Positions 26,570 through 40,025 of a stretch of DNA of 64,000 nt are shown in pieces (the first letter of the stretch is position 1; each line of letters starts with the position of its first letter). A program made the position numbers and the translations under genes. This stretch comes from Camelus dromedarius (lineage: Eukaryota): NCBI RefSeq assembly GCF_036321535.1, contig NC_087436.1, forward strand, positions 50,408,001-50,472,000, in the 5' to 3' direction. Under the pieces are notes generated by a model. That model had not been told where the DNA came from. It ran no database searches and saw only the letters and a list, made by a program, of their open reading frames with translations.

Positions 26570-27960
26570 GTATGTAAGCTAGAAGATTAATTTGCAAGAT
26601 CTTAGGACTACTATGAAGCTGAGATACTTAATGGGTATTAATTGGACACTGAGATCATTTCTAAGACAGAATACTAAAGATGATTACTAAGCACAGTTTT
26701 AAGTTCATGTGCTTTTGCTTCTTATGGTTATATTGTACAGAGAGGCTATATTTTTTAGTTTTTTGAGAAGTTGTATAAGAAATGTCTGTGTCTGCAGAAA
26801 GTTGTTTGATGTGTTTTCAATTCACTCTTGCTCATCGAAAATGCTAGTCTGTGACAGTTGACAACTATCTATCCCCTGAGTTTTCTCTGTAAAATAGAAA
26901 TCACTTTGGTTAAAAGTTATAATTAATATACTTGAGTAAGACTCTACCATAAGCATTCTTGGCAGAGAGGCACAATCTTATGTGCAAAGTAGTAAGATGT
27001 GGTTTTGTTAAGGAAAAAAGAGAACAGCTCTGTCCTAAAGTAAAGTGACTGATTGTTCCAGAGTGGAAAAGAAAGACAAAAGAAAACCTGATGGATACAG
27101 AAAGTGGAATAAATGCAGAAAATGAATTTCATGTTCCTCAGATTCTACTATATATAAATAATGAGTCTGAGAAGCAAAGAAATGTGTTAAAATCGTATCA
27201 AATTTTGCTCAATTTTTTATGGTTTTATGTCCCAAGTCTACTGTTTACTGCTTTCCTCTAAAATATAAAGGTTTTTTTTTTCTGTGTAATCTGTCTAGAT
27301 GGCAAAGATTCTGTGTGTTACCAGAATAATTTTCTGTGCTTTCTTTTAGTTTTATTACATCCTTGTTCATTTAAGGAAACAAAACGTCCTCACTTAAGAA
27401 AGAGCTACAGTTCTTGATAACCATGTTGCTTCCTACATTTATTTTTAAATGTTTTATTGTTACTTTCAACTGAGTAATCAAATGTTTCTCAATCATTCAC
27501 ATTTCCATCTTAATTATTCAAATCTCCTGACAACTTATTTTTTTTCCTTCTTAAGATTGAATCCTAAATATAAAGTGAAATAAAATAACTTTCAGGATAT
27601 CTTTTGTTTTTAAAATGTCTTTAGAATTTCTCAGAGGGTCCTTGAAAAGTTATACAGACTCATTCACTGTAAAAAGGGAGGTATCAGAAATAATGAAGAT
27701 TATTTGACATGAGTTTCATGGAAAGAAATATTCAGTTAGAAAAAAGATATGAGTTTCATGGAAAGAAATATTCAGTTAGAAAAAAAGCCTTCTCTAAGTT
27801 AAATACATGTAGATAAAATGCTTCAATATTTCAGAAACCAAACTCTATAGGGGAAACAACTAGAGACTTGTCAGTACCCTCCTTGGCCTTGATATGTTTC
27901 CATTTTTCTGAGTCTTGGTGGTGCTTTGCCTGATTTAGGCAACAACAGTATAGTTTTCAG
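26570..27960 (+). mobile_element. ERV1 (MER4-group-like) non-coding internal sequence
   Basis: AT-rich motifs tctgtgtaatctgtctagatggcaaagattctgtgtgttaccagaataattttctgtgc and aagaaagagctacagttctt resemble recalled MER4/MER34-group internal sequence. No pol/env ORF. Confidence 0.6.
27706..27785. repeat. 40-bp tandem duplication (2 copies, 1 mismatch)
   Basis: ga(c/t)atgagtttcatggaaagaaatattcagttagaaaaaa at 27706-27745 and 27746-27785. Confidence 0.97.
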
Positions 27961-29049
27961 TCATAATTTAAGTTATTATTTAAAATGTTAGCTTGGTCAT
28001 TTTCTTCTTTAATTTGAAGCTAGCACTGTCTAGGATAGTGCTTCTGAATATGGAGTGCACATCAGACTTACTTACTTACTTAATTCTATTAAAATAGAGA
28101 TTTCTTTAAAGACCTACTCCAGACTTTCCAAATCTTTTTACTTGATATTGTTGATATATTCTTGGTATCTTTTTACCATATGATTAGATATTCTTGGTAT
28201 GCTATTATATTTAATGCCCCTGGGTAATTATATATCTCAAGACATTTTCCTCTGTAAAAATTATGTGTATCCTTATAAATCAGATGTATTGTGAAATCTG
28301 TGAAAATATGCCTCATGCCAAATCATTATTCTTATAGACACTGTTAAAGAGCTGAAAGTGCCACATGTCTGATGGCACAAAATCAACACAGTGTGCTGCT
28401 GTGAAAATGATGCAATGGCATAAACCTCAACATATCTGGATGATTTACTAGTGGAACTGAAAGCCTTTACCTGTCTTGGCCTAACTTGTTAACCACTCTA
28501 TACATTAAGCACCAATTATAAGAAAAGTAAATTGTGTGAGTGAGTTAAGAAAAGCCACTATAATTAAGCAATGCATAGCTTCTATAGAGAAAAAAATTAA
28601 AAGGCTTATTCTATAAAGTCTTGTTCAGTTTATCTGATCACAGAAATCACTGGCATCCTCATTTAGAAAAGGAGATTCCCTTGGAAAATCCGCTCCTGAG
28701 AGACTGGTTGGGTTGGGCTCAGGATGTTTTGTTTATAACATGTGTCCCAGATGATTTTGTGGCTAAAGAAGTTTGGAAAACACTTCTAGAGGATATTTTA
28801 TATTTTCTTATCACTTTCTAAAGTTCCTAATCTTAAATTCTGTGTCTTCATGTTGCTCACAATTCCCTGGTCCATGGGGCTACACATCTAGGACCTTCAC
28901 TTGAATTTGTGCCTATAGCACTTGACATATTGAAAGACTAAAATAATCTTCAAAACAATAACCCTCTTTCTAGGCTCTTGTGCAGATGCCAAACTAATCT
29001 TCCAAAACTACTTCTGTAAATACGTTAATTTCTTGATACAGAACACATT

Positions 29050-29322
29050 TCGAGAGCACAGCCAGTAAGTACAGGCTCTGCGTAGACTTCCCGGGTTTGA
29101 ACTTTAGCCTGACCATTGACTTACTAGCTCCACAAGCTTAACTAGTTATTTAACTTCTCAGAGTTCTACTATCCTTCCTTGTAAAATATGTAACGGTATA
29201 TAACACTTAAAACTGTACTGATTAATCAAATCCTTAATTATTTAATCAAAATGAGATCATCCATGTGTACTGTCCCAGATTCTGGCACAGAATAAGAGGG
29301 CAATAAATGTTACTATCATTAT
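29050..29322 (+). mobile_element. MIR SINE
   Basis: acaggctctgcgtagacttcccgggtttgaac...agttatttaacttctcagag...ctggcacagaataag...caataaatgttactat. Confidence 0.75.
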
Positions 29323-31556
29323 TACATAGTGAGAAAATAGCTTTAAATATTATTTTTGATCATATTTCCTTATGTGTAATTCTCCAGCCAGTCAGAGGCA
29401 TCTGCTTTGAATAAAGGAGATTAGAATTGTGAAGCAAAAATAAAAATTAAAAGAAACTGCCAATATTCAATTTTTGTACTTGTTTTTTGAATTTCAAACA
29501 AGCTCTTGAACTCATATCAAAAATATTTTTAAAAAGCAAACAGTGTTTTTGATTTGTAGGAGCCAAGAGTATTAAGAGAATTAAAAACTCTCAAGAACCA
29601 GAAAGGAAGGCTCAGAAAGCAGAGCACAGCGTTCATGGCATAAAAAAGAGATTTATAAAAGACTATAGGGTGATCCTGACCGTCCCACTCAGGCAAGACT
29701 AAATGAGAATCAACCAGACTCAGGAGGAAAGAGGAGTCGATGGCATAGGAACTTGTAGGATGTCTACAGAGCTTGGAGTGAGATGCCAAAGACAAGACCT
29801 AGGGACTCCCGGGAGAGGAGTGAAATTGCATCTCGAGCCTGCCAAGCATTGTCTGGCACTAGTAACAAAGGTTAGGTATAGGGAGCCAAGGCAAGCCTGT
29901 CCATTTCTATGACAAGGAGCCCTGTTAGGTGTGCTCTTTGTAGCTGCCTGGTGTGAACCTTCCATCAACAGTGGTTTGTCTGCATGTCTCTCACAGAACT
30001 CTCGGCAGAAATGATATTCTCCAACAGCTAGGAGCTTGCTGAGTCCCATCCAGATTCTCCCTTGTGATCTAACCTTTTTCAACAGACTAGAACATTCATA
30101 AGCTTCCCCAAACAAAGGGTTAAATCCTCAGAGAAGTGGTGGAATAGAAAGGAAGACCTCAACAATTATGCCTGGGCTAATACTGAAACCCACTCTGATT
30201 GCATTTTATTATTACAATAATTCTTTATTGCCTTTTATGCCATATATAACCCCAGGATCATTATAATCTGGGCTCCAGAGTCAAATTATTGCACATTACT
30301 TCCCCTCTCATTCCCAGCATAAGTCATTCATCCAAATCAGATCAGTCTCTCTAGCACAATGTCTGTATAACACAATGATGCCAATTGATGTCTCCAATCA
30401 TGCTTAAGCTATTTCTGCTGTTTCTCCTTTTTCTATTCAAAATCTATCTATTTTCCAATGTCCAGATTAAAATCAACCTCCTCCATATGTTTTCTATAAC
30501 CAACCCCAACCAACTCATCCATCTCTAAATCACTACTGTGGTTAAAATTAGTTACATTCTTGAATATATATTGCCTTGTGTCAGTATCTCTTTGTATTTT
30601 GTACATTTTTCTTACCTCTCCAAGTACTTTAGATGTTCATAAAGGTAAAAAGCCTTATCTTATTTGTCTTATGTATGCTACACAATGCCATTCCAAAGTC
30701 TGAGTCATAAGTATCTGTTGATTGAGAAGATGTTCTGAACATTACAGGTTCATAAACCACTTTAGGTCATGTGAAATACCTATTTAACTGGGCAACAGCT
30801 ATGCATTTTCAAAAATGATATGTAAAATGACATCAACATCCCTTTGATAAGAACAAAGAGCATAGATGAAAATTTCTCTGAAGGAAAAAAATCTATAAAT
30901 CCAATATATTTCTGTGTTTTGTGTCAAAATGTATTATATATGACTTTTGCTTTTTCCTCAGGCACAAAAAAAAATCAGCATTAGTGTTTGAAAATCAATT
31001 AAAAAGAATTTCTGACTTATAAAACTCTCTACCAGCTATATATCTGCCTTTTTGTTATACTTACCCACCATTGATACTATCCTTGGTACTACAGAGTTCT
31101 TAACATACTAAATTCTTCTTAAAATACCAATAAAATAAAAATAACTTAATATTAATAAAATAAACTTTAGTGATACATGCTACCAATGTTTCTTGTAGAG
31201 CTGTTTTCTGATTCCATTTAATGTGTCAGGTATACCTGATGTGGGTAATCAATGATCAGAGAAATAAAGATCACAATCCAGTTCTTCTTTCAGAGGCTTT
31301 CTTTCTATTTTCCTACCTCTGAAATAGGATAAACCAACCATTCCATAGAATCCACTACTAACTCTCTCTCAGTTTCCTTTCTTCGTGCCTTCTACACCAA
31401 ATATGAAAAGGAAAATGAGTGTATTAATTTTCCAAGGTAAGACAGGCAAGTTTATTAAACCTGTTTATATGGGTTGTAACATCAGAATGTCTTACAAAAT
31501 TGTAGACTCTAAATGATAGAGGACTTTCTTGTGTCTACTCTAATTTGACCATAATA

Positions 31557-31627
31557 GTGTACACATGCGCATGCAAACACGCATGCACGCACACACGCAT
31601 GCACGTATGCACACACATCATGCATGC
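31557..31627. repeat. Imperfect alternating purine-pyrimidine (CA/CG/TG) tract
   Basis: gtgtacacatgcgcatgcaaacacgcatgcacgcacacacgcatgcacgtatgcacacac. Confidence 0.9.
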
Positions 31628-32060
31628 TGTGGCAGCTGTGGATCTATCTTCAAAAAGGAACTTGCCATTCAGCTACAAGGAGTGCAGTTATGACAGCTCC
31701 CAAAAATCAGTGCTTTCAGTACCCACCTCTTTTTGAGTAGTAGTCACCCTCTTCCCCAACAGCCCATAATAGCTAACAACTGAGCATGGTGTGGGCACTA
31801 GGACATGATCATTTCTGCCAAATGCCAGACTCTTCTATCAGGCATCTCTCGTCTACACCTCCCTGTTGGTTTGTTCAAGGCTTTGTCATATGTGCATCAC
31901 AGTCTGAGAGTCCCGTACCCAATCCTGCTCCAGTCCCCTTTTCTTTTGCTGCTGTCAAATCTGTTTCCTCCCCTCTTTATCTCTCACAGGCATTACCATC
32001 CATTAAACCTCTCAGACTGCTAATTCTCAGTGTCTTGTCCTCAGAGGATCCTAACTGACA
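31628..32060 (+). mobile_element. ERVL solo LTR, LTR16-like
   Basis: TG...CA termini (tgtggcagc...ctaactgaca), cttcaaaaaggaacttgccattcagctacaaggagtgcagtta, and an attaaa poly(A) signal at ~32002. Confidence 0.75.
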
Positions 32061-34229
32061 TACACACACCAATATTTATTTTACCTTATAATATTTGAGA
32101 TATTCATATATTATTAGAAATATTTTTATTTTAAAAATAATGTGTGTCATATCAATGTATATGCACAGATACACAGACACATAATGCACATACAATAACC
32201 ATACAGAGCATGAAGCAGAACAAGTACTTTTCAGTTTTTAGGACTATTTAGCTGATCTCAATTTTTTGTAAGTTACTCCTAAATTTATCATCTTTTTTGT
32301 TAGGAAAGAAATCATATCACTTCAACAGAAACTAAATCATAGTGCTCAGATATAGATAAAGAAAGCATAGTAAGCAAATTCCTTGTTTTACATAGGAGAA
32401 AGTCTACAGAGTGTTATTTCTTGTAATCATTAGTCATTTGCAAAATGTAGGTTTTTGTGGATAAACACAATGCAATAGATTTTAATTAGGCTGCTAATAA
32501 AAAAAAAAGCAATTATTCCTTCCTATGCATATTAGGAAAATTATACTCTTTTGCTCTGAGCCATTCCACTGATATTAGGAGAAAACTAAAATACATAATA
32601 TAAAGACAGTTCTGGTCTCCATAAAGCAATTATTACCAATATCATAGGGGAAAACATCCACTGAACAAAGTTCTTGATCAAAAACATATTTTAAATAAAA
32701 TGATAAAAGTAGGTATCTTAAGTAGGATGATCAGGGTAGGTGGTCAGAAGAAAAACAGCCAAATGAGTACTGCCCTACAGTGCAGTCATCCTGGGAAAAT
32801 ATAATTTATTACAATAAAGCTATTTGATCAGATAGTCTTGTACTTCATTTTGAGAATTATCAAAACATTTAACTTATAAACCATTCAAGAAAATAAGTCA
32901 CATTACTATACATTTACACATTTAAAAATCCTCAAATATCTACCTTATTCATAGCACTCATTTCTAAGTAGCTTCTAATTTCTCCTAAAAATGAAATACA
33001 CCACCAAAAGAATAAATATATGCTATATTCAGAAATATTTTTAAAGATACATTTCCTGAAACAATTCTTAGAAAAGGAATTTCAGAAGCACCAAACAATA
33101 GCAGAATTTCTTTAAGGAGCTAATAGTTCCTAACTATCAAATTTGAAAGAACATGTTTCTTACTCCAAGTTTGCTTAAAATTTGTTTTCTTGCCTCTTAC
33201 TAACATGCCACTTATCTTTAGATTCCACTCAGAATATTTGAGCCCAGTTTCCCCAAAATAATATCATTCAGAGATGCTTCTTCCCCTGGGTTTACAAACA
33301 ACAGTCCATGAACCTGTGGTAAATTTGGTCCTTTCTTATAAGTAATAATTTTTGAAGATTCACTTTCTATCACTGAACTAGCACAGGATTAAATTCTCAG
33401 TTCAGACTAACATGAATCAGAGATGATTTTAACCAGTGTTACATTCTAGTGAATAATTTCAATTTAAAGGATTAGACAAACAGAGGAAGATCTGGGGCAT
33501 CAAAGGTGGCTCCCCAGTTCTTCCTTGTTGGGTCAGACCCGCCCTTCTGACCAAGAATGGATGAGGTTTCTAAGAAAGGTTCACAGCATCCTCACACAGT
33601 GAGAGCATTCAATCATAAAACATCTTCATGGTATACCCAAGAGGGTTCCGTAGCTTAGGGGACATTTTCCAGGGTTCCAAGGTTTATTTGCCAGGTATAC
33701 TTAGACTGGACATCACGCTGATGGCATTGTCAAGATAAGGCTTTCCTCCTACTAAATATAATTTTTACTCTTTTTACTCTGGGGTCTAGTCTAGTGGATA
33801 AAAGATTACAGCTGTTTTTAACTCCTTCCTGCAAATCACTGAGCAAAATATAAAGAGCAGGAAGACAGAAAAGAAAAGGAACAACAACTCTTGAAATCCT
33901 ATGTGTCCATGGTGTCACCTGATCTTGAGGTTTATGGTGGCTTTAAAAAACAGTTGATGCCCACAAACTAGTCGAAGATGGTAGGGAGAACTCTGTGACT
34001 TTTAGTAATGTAGGAACTAAAAATCACTTTCTGGGTAGAGAAACCACTAATTTTCTAATAGAATAATCTATGGTAGATTATGGTCCCTCAACAAAAATGT
34101 AAACATAATGTGTCCTGATGTCACTATCTGCTGGTAAAGAAATTTAAAGAGTAAAGTCGTCATCTGCCCGTAAAAAGAAGTACATGCTTATAGCCCTACA
34201 AGGTGTTAAAAAAGAGTATGAAATTATTC

Positions 34230-34730
34230 AGATGTCTTATTGCAGTCTTCTAAAATGTCTTGCAATGACTTTTCAAGTTCCTATAAAATCTCTCCACATA
34301 ACACCCCCAGCTGTATCTCTCTCTGACTTTATCTTACTTATTGTCCTCTGGCCACACAACCTCAGGGCACTTGCACTGTCTGTTTTGTTCCACATGAGCT
34401 GCTCTTCCTCTGGACATGTGCAAAGTAACTTCCTCATGCTCTTCTCAAATGGAATTTTCTCAATGGACCTATTCTTATCCTCTCCCTAAAATAGCAAACC
34501 ATGCCCATTACCAACTCCAAGTACCCAGAATTACATTTATGTGTGCTGCAATTATCACCTTCTACTATATCTTACAACTTACTCACTCATTTTATTTTTG
34601 GTCCCCACCAGTAGAATAAAGTTCCAAGGGGATAAGGATCATTATCAGTTTCATTTACTCATATATCTCAACTTAAAACAGCTCCTGAAATATAATAGGT
34701 ACTCAATAAACACTTATTGAATGAATGGAA
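34230..34730 (+). mobile_element. L2 3' end
   Basis: Ends taggtactcaataaacacttattgaatgaatg. Confidence 0.75.
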
Positions 34731-36984
34731 AATTATAAAGATGACAGTGATGCAAGAAACAGACATAGGACAATCAAGAAGAAAACACAAAGAAATTTTA
34801 AATCTAGCTGAGAAAATTTATTATTAGCCTGTGAAAAGTTCAGTAATTAACCAAATTACTAATTTGGTTTAAAACCACATAGAAGAGAGATTGAAAAGTC
34901 AAGAGTCCAATGCACTGATCGTTAATATATTTGCGATAAAATAAAGAAGCTTAGAATGAAATGTACTATGTAAGCAATGTAAATATTTTAGCTTGGGGTA
35001 AATCTAGCTCTATCACTTATGAATTAGATGAACTAGATCAAGCCCTCTGATTTCTTTTAGCCTTGACTAACTTAGCTATAAAATAAAATAATAACTGTCT
35101 CTTAGGACTATTCAGATTAGAGGGGTCATATGAAGTACTGATCCCAGGGAATGATTCAAAAAAAATGATAATATTACTAAGGTTTTTTAGAAGAAATACA
35201 TAGGGAAGGGATCTCTGGCCTCTATCAGTAAATATATAATTATTTAAATGTAGCAAGGAGGATCACATAATTCAGTACCACTTAGATTTGCAGAGACATA
35301 GCTCCTTTATTTTATTTATAACTAATCTTTCCACAAATACAAATTCAAATAAATTTATATCTAGTTTAAATTTACTCCTACCCTATAACTTAAGAGGTCA
35401 CACATCTCTCTATTAATATTTTATTTAATAAAAATATTTAACCTCCCGTACAGCTACCCCATCCCCTGTTTCTCTTCCTAATTGACCTCCAGGGATATAA
35501 GGGAAGGAATATGGCTTATGTGTCCTTGTGCCACAGCAAGCAAGGGTCAAACAGTGTCCCTCATTTCATGCGGACACTGTTTCTTGGAGCAATGTCCTCT
35601 GTCTTCTGGTCACTACAGTCTAATGGCCTCTGATAATCCAGGCTGCCCCTGGATCACAGTAGGCTCGTTGACTTATGCTGTCTTCATAGACCACTGGCCC
35701 TTGGTGATTACCATTTACTTCATCCAGCCTCCGGATGAAGTTTTCACCTGTCTCTGCTGTGGAGTCACCAAAACTCACCAGAAGCTTCCTGATGACAGGC
35801 TGACTGATTCTTACTCAGGGTGCATTACACACAGAAGAGTCATCTGGGCACTCACTCTAGCACGCCACACCATATTCTCTGAAGAAGGTTGGTTATGCAC
35901 ACCTTCTTGGCACAGAGTAGATTAACTATATCTACCAATTGTCCAAAGGGGGAAAAAAAAAATCCTGGATTTTGCTATTCGCCTCAGTGTGGATTTTAGA
36001 ATGTCTTCACTCTAAAAAAAAATGTTGCACTCTGAATGGTAAGTTGGATTGTCACCCTACAAATGGGAAAGCAGGTAAAAAGACCCTGCTCTTTCCCTCC
36101 TACTCACTTATCTAAGTTCCCTATGCCTTGCATCATCCTCTTGGAAACCAAAACTAAACAGTAGAAATCAGAATTCAGAAGCCCTATGGCATTAATTACC
36201 TCCTAGAGTCATTCCTTCTATTTCTTTTCTCCTCTCCCTCTGTCAGACTCCAATCTCTGGATAAGCCAGGATATTTCTTCCACATATCCAGAGACATCTA
36301 GGACCTGAGTCCTCCAGGCTGGATTTCTAGTATGAAAATAAGGTAGATAAACAAATTCTGCTTAATTCCTTCTTAAAACAATATTCTTGCAAAGTCTATA
36401 TTGTTGCATAATCCTGTTTTTTAATGAGAGAAGCTGAACATTTGCCTCATACTGGCTGCTTTGCTGGAGCTTATCCTGTCTATTGGGTCAGATTGCAGGG
36501 GCTAAGACTATAATATCTGTGTTACCATAAAATGTTTTCTCTTATTAATTTTCTCTTAATGATTTTTAAATCTTAAATCAATTCAACTGAGATCTCCTTC
36601 AAAGAGATTAACTTCAATTACTTAAATACCAAGGGCAAGAAAATGTGCTCTGTAAATCATAAAGTGAGTACACCTTAATCAAAAGATGGAACAAGAGCTG
36701 AACAGGGGTAAAACAGTAAAGAAGTTAACAGTTTGCCTCAGAATCACCTCCACATTTCTAATCAGCATCCTCTTCTCCAATGAGGCACATTCACTTTCAA
36801 GTGCCCTCCCAACTATTCCTCGGTCAGATTATTCTTCTCTCTAAGCCGTGCATTTTGTTCTTGAAAAAAAACATTCTTGGAGGACCATTTTAACTTCTAT
36901 AAATATCTACGCTCCAGAAATAAACAATGGGGAAAGTACTAACAAAATAATGGAGAGTATGATGTTATACGTCAGGAGAAATCA

Positions 36985-37120
36985 TGTGAGTCTGGGAAAA
37001 TGAGTATCTAACTTTTGGATTCCACAGTAGGCAGCAATGGAAAGGACCACTGGGAAATGACTTTTGAGTTGGCCAAAGGACAGTGTCTGCCACAACCTCC
37101 TCTCATTCCCAGTGTCCCTG
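36985..37120 (-). repeat. Inverted copy of 38150-38285 (MLT1 5' end plus 26 bp of flank)
   Basis: Hand alignment: 136 bp, ungapped, 109/136 identical to the reverse complement of 38150-38285. Confidence 0.93.
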
Positions 37121-37739
37121 TACATGTCTGGAGAAATAATGGCAGGCAATTTTTTTTTTTTTTTTTTTTTTTAGAATGGAGCAATCCTTATTTTTAGGCA
37201 CTTTCACAAAGGGATCTGCAGTAAAGAAACTTTCTAGTGGAGAAGAGAGAACATGAAAATCAGCCTCCAACCACCCGCAGCTGCTCTGCTCAGGACCTAG
37301 GCTCCTCCTTGCCCAGTGCTAAGGTGGAGGCATGTACTTCCCTTCCTTTCCCAGCTTGTCCTGATGTCTCTTAATGGCACTCAGATGTTTCATCATTTCC
37401 TGCTGAAGCAGACATTTTAATAACAAAAAAATAAAGATTTTAGAAATTTGTTTTTACAAATTTAAGATTATTTTAGAAATTCATCTTTGCAAAATATAGT
37501 TCACTTAGGTAATCGTCTCAAAAAGGCAGAAAACTTGGGGCCTAGGACATTTCTGTGAAAAGATTCTAGTTGCACCTCACCTCCACAAATCACACAAACA
37601 TAATACACACACACCATTACATTAAAATGCGTCATTTATCCACAAAGAAGGAAATTGTAAGGGAATTTTTAGCTAAGCTTCCTCTGTATGTCAAGTATTG
37701 TGATTACATACATTGGTAAGATTGAAAGATAAATCAAAA

Positions 37740-37975
37740 TAATAACATTAACATTTATCAAGCATTTAGCATAGTTTAGGCATAGGGTTATATCTTTTAA
37801 TTTTTACAGTACCTCTATAAGATAGGTACCATTATTATTTCACACTTGACAAATGAAGACAGGAAGCCCCACAGAGGTCAAATAACCAGCTAAGATTATA
37901 CAGCTAGAAAGTACCCCAGCTGGGATTCAAACTCAGGCCACCCGTGTCCAGAGCCTGTAGTCCCCACTACTAAAC
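37740..37975 (-). mobile_element. MIR SINE
   Basis: gataggtaccattattattt...gacaaatgaagacaggaagccccacagaggtcaaataac...ctgggattcaaactcagg. Confidence 0.75.
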
Positions 37976-38175
37976 CTCACTGTCAGAAAGGGAGGTGGAA
38001 TCAGGAATTAGGAAACATCATGTGCAGGGCCAAAATGAACAGCAAGTGATACAGAAGCAAGATTTTGAAAGAACTTCAGGAAGCCCTACATGGTAGGTAA
38101 GCAGCCTGTTCATTAGTTATGCTCCCAGCAGTCTTAAAGTGTCCAGCCCCAGGGCCACTAGGGATGAGAAGACAT

Positions 38176-38648
38176 TGTGGCAGACACTGTTCTTTGGCCA
38201 ACCTGTAAGTCATTTCCCAACTGTCTTTTCCATTACCACCTATTAGAGAATCCAAAACCTAGTTACTCATTTTCCCAAATTCACAATAGGTTACTATGTG
38301 ACAGAGTTCTGGTCAAAAAGCCGTAAGTCAAATAGGGAAATCTAGTAAGGAATTTCTGGGAAAGATTTCATTTGCTGACTTAAAAAAAAAGCAATAGTTA
38401 GGACCATCCTTTCCTCCCTTCTTTCTGCTTTGAATACTGACATAAAGCCAGGAACTACAGAAGCCATACTGAGTGAAGTCAAAAAAAAAAAAAAAAGGAT
38501 GCTGAGATGGTAGAACAAAGAGAGAAGATATAGATTCCAGGTAACAGACACTATGGGGAGGTTGAACCAACACCTTACCCACTTAGAGATTTGTTATGTG
38601 AGAAAAATAAACCCTATTTGATTATTATAGTTGGATATATTCCTAACA
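38176..38648 (+). mobile_element. MaLR solo LTR (MLT1J/K-like)
   Basis: Termini tgtggcagacac...attcctaaca, ttgttatgtgagaaaaataaaccctatttg near the 3' end, and a 5-bp TSD gacat (38171-38175) / ggcat (38649-38653). Confidence 0.8.
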
Positions 38649-38679
38649 GGCATAAGGCCTCAACAAATTGGATCAATCT

Positions 38680-39437
38680 TCATTTTATTTTGTCAGAGTA
38701 TGAAGTACAGTTACAATGTGTCTATTTCTGGTGTACAGAACAATGTCCCAGTCATGCATATACATACATATATTCATTTTCATATTCTTTTTCATTAAAG
38801 GTTATTATGGGATATTAAATATAGTTCCCTGTGCTATACAGAAGAAATTTGTTTTAATTTATTTTTATATATAGTGGCTAACATTTGCAAATCTCAAACT
38901 CCCAAATTTATCCCTTTCCACCCCCTTTCTCCCAGTAACCATAAGATTGTTTACTATGTCTGTGAGTCTGTTTCTGTTTTGTAGATGACTTCATTAGTGT
39001 CCTCTTTTCTTTTTTTTAGATCTGACAAATGAGTGATATCATATAGTAATTTTCTTTCTCTTTCTGGCTTACATCACTTAGAATGATGATCTCTAGGTCC
39101 ATCCATGTTGCTGCAAATGGCATTCGTTATTTTATTCTTTTTTATGGCTGAGTAGTATTCCATTGTATAAATATATCACAACTTCTTCATCCAGTCATCT
39201 GTCACTGGACATTTAGGTTGCTTCCATGTCTTAGCTATTGTATACAGTGCTGCTATGAACATTGTGGGGCATGTGTCTGTTTGAATTAGAGTACCCTCCA
39301 GATATATGTCTAGGAGTGGGATTGCTGGATCAGACAGTAAGTCTATTTTTAGTTTTTTGAGGAATCTCCATACTGTCTTCCATAATGGCTGCACCACACT
39401 GCATTCCCACCAGCAGTGTAGGAGGGGGGTCCCTTTT
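38680..39437 (-). mobile_element. 5'-truncated L1
   Basis: Translation [31 protein letters not shown]...MFIAALYTIAKTWKQPKCP; same 3' UTR type as 8630-9397. Confidence 0.95.
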
Positions 39438-39834
39438 GAAAGTCAATCTCAAGCATATTTTAAGACCTATATGTATTTATTCTCCCATAAGACCTTTCAA
39501 TGCTTCACTTTTCATTGTTTTAAAATCATGAAAAACAAACTTGTTTATGTCACATAGCAAAACTAAAAAGTAAAAACAGTTCCTTTCTTTGTAATCAAAA
39601 ACAATTCAATGAATTGCTTTAAAAACTGAAAGTACTCAGGTTGCCATGGTAATTCAATATCTGATACATAAACTGTCTTATTACTCACTAATATTAAGCA
39701 TCTACTATGAGTTCATTCATGGGCTATGCTATGAATGTAATAAAAAAGGTTTATTGCATATAAAAATATTTTATCCACTATTTTATGGTCTGTTCATGTA
39801 TATTAATCATTGCTTATGTCAGATATTGTGGATT

Positions 39835-40025
39835 TCTGGGACAAAGGTTCTCAAACATAAGGAAGTGTAAGAATTATCTAAAGCAATTATTAAGATGCAG
39901 ATTCCTAGACTTAAACTTCAAACTTTAATTCAATGGATCTCAGTAGCATCCTGCTTATTTAATAAGCATTCCAGGAAATTGTGTTGGAGTCAGAGTCAAT
40001 GGACTAGAATTCAAACAACTGTCCT
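39835..40025. mobile_element. MER5-like hAT-Charlie MITE
   Basis: aaggttctcaaac...aagatgcagattcctagac...ctgcttatttaataagcattccagg. Similar fragments at ~28030-28110 and ~28650-28790. Confidence 0.55.

Noticed and set aside
27706..27785. CRISPR-like repeat
   Set aside because: Two abutting copies with no spacer, no cas genes and a mammalian context.
29529..30115. Cluster of overlapping ORFs (88, 69 and 131 aa)
   Set aside because: No recognisable homology. The GC-elevated block is probably an old LTR-like element that I could not assign.
35482..35925. 147-aa Cys-rich ORF
   Set aside because: It has a TTG start, no recognisable domain and no convincing splice sites. It lies in a GC-elevated block that may be an old LTR, so it is probably a chance ORF.
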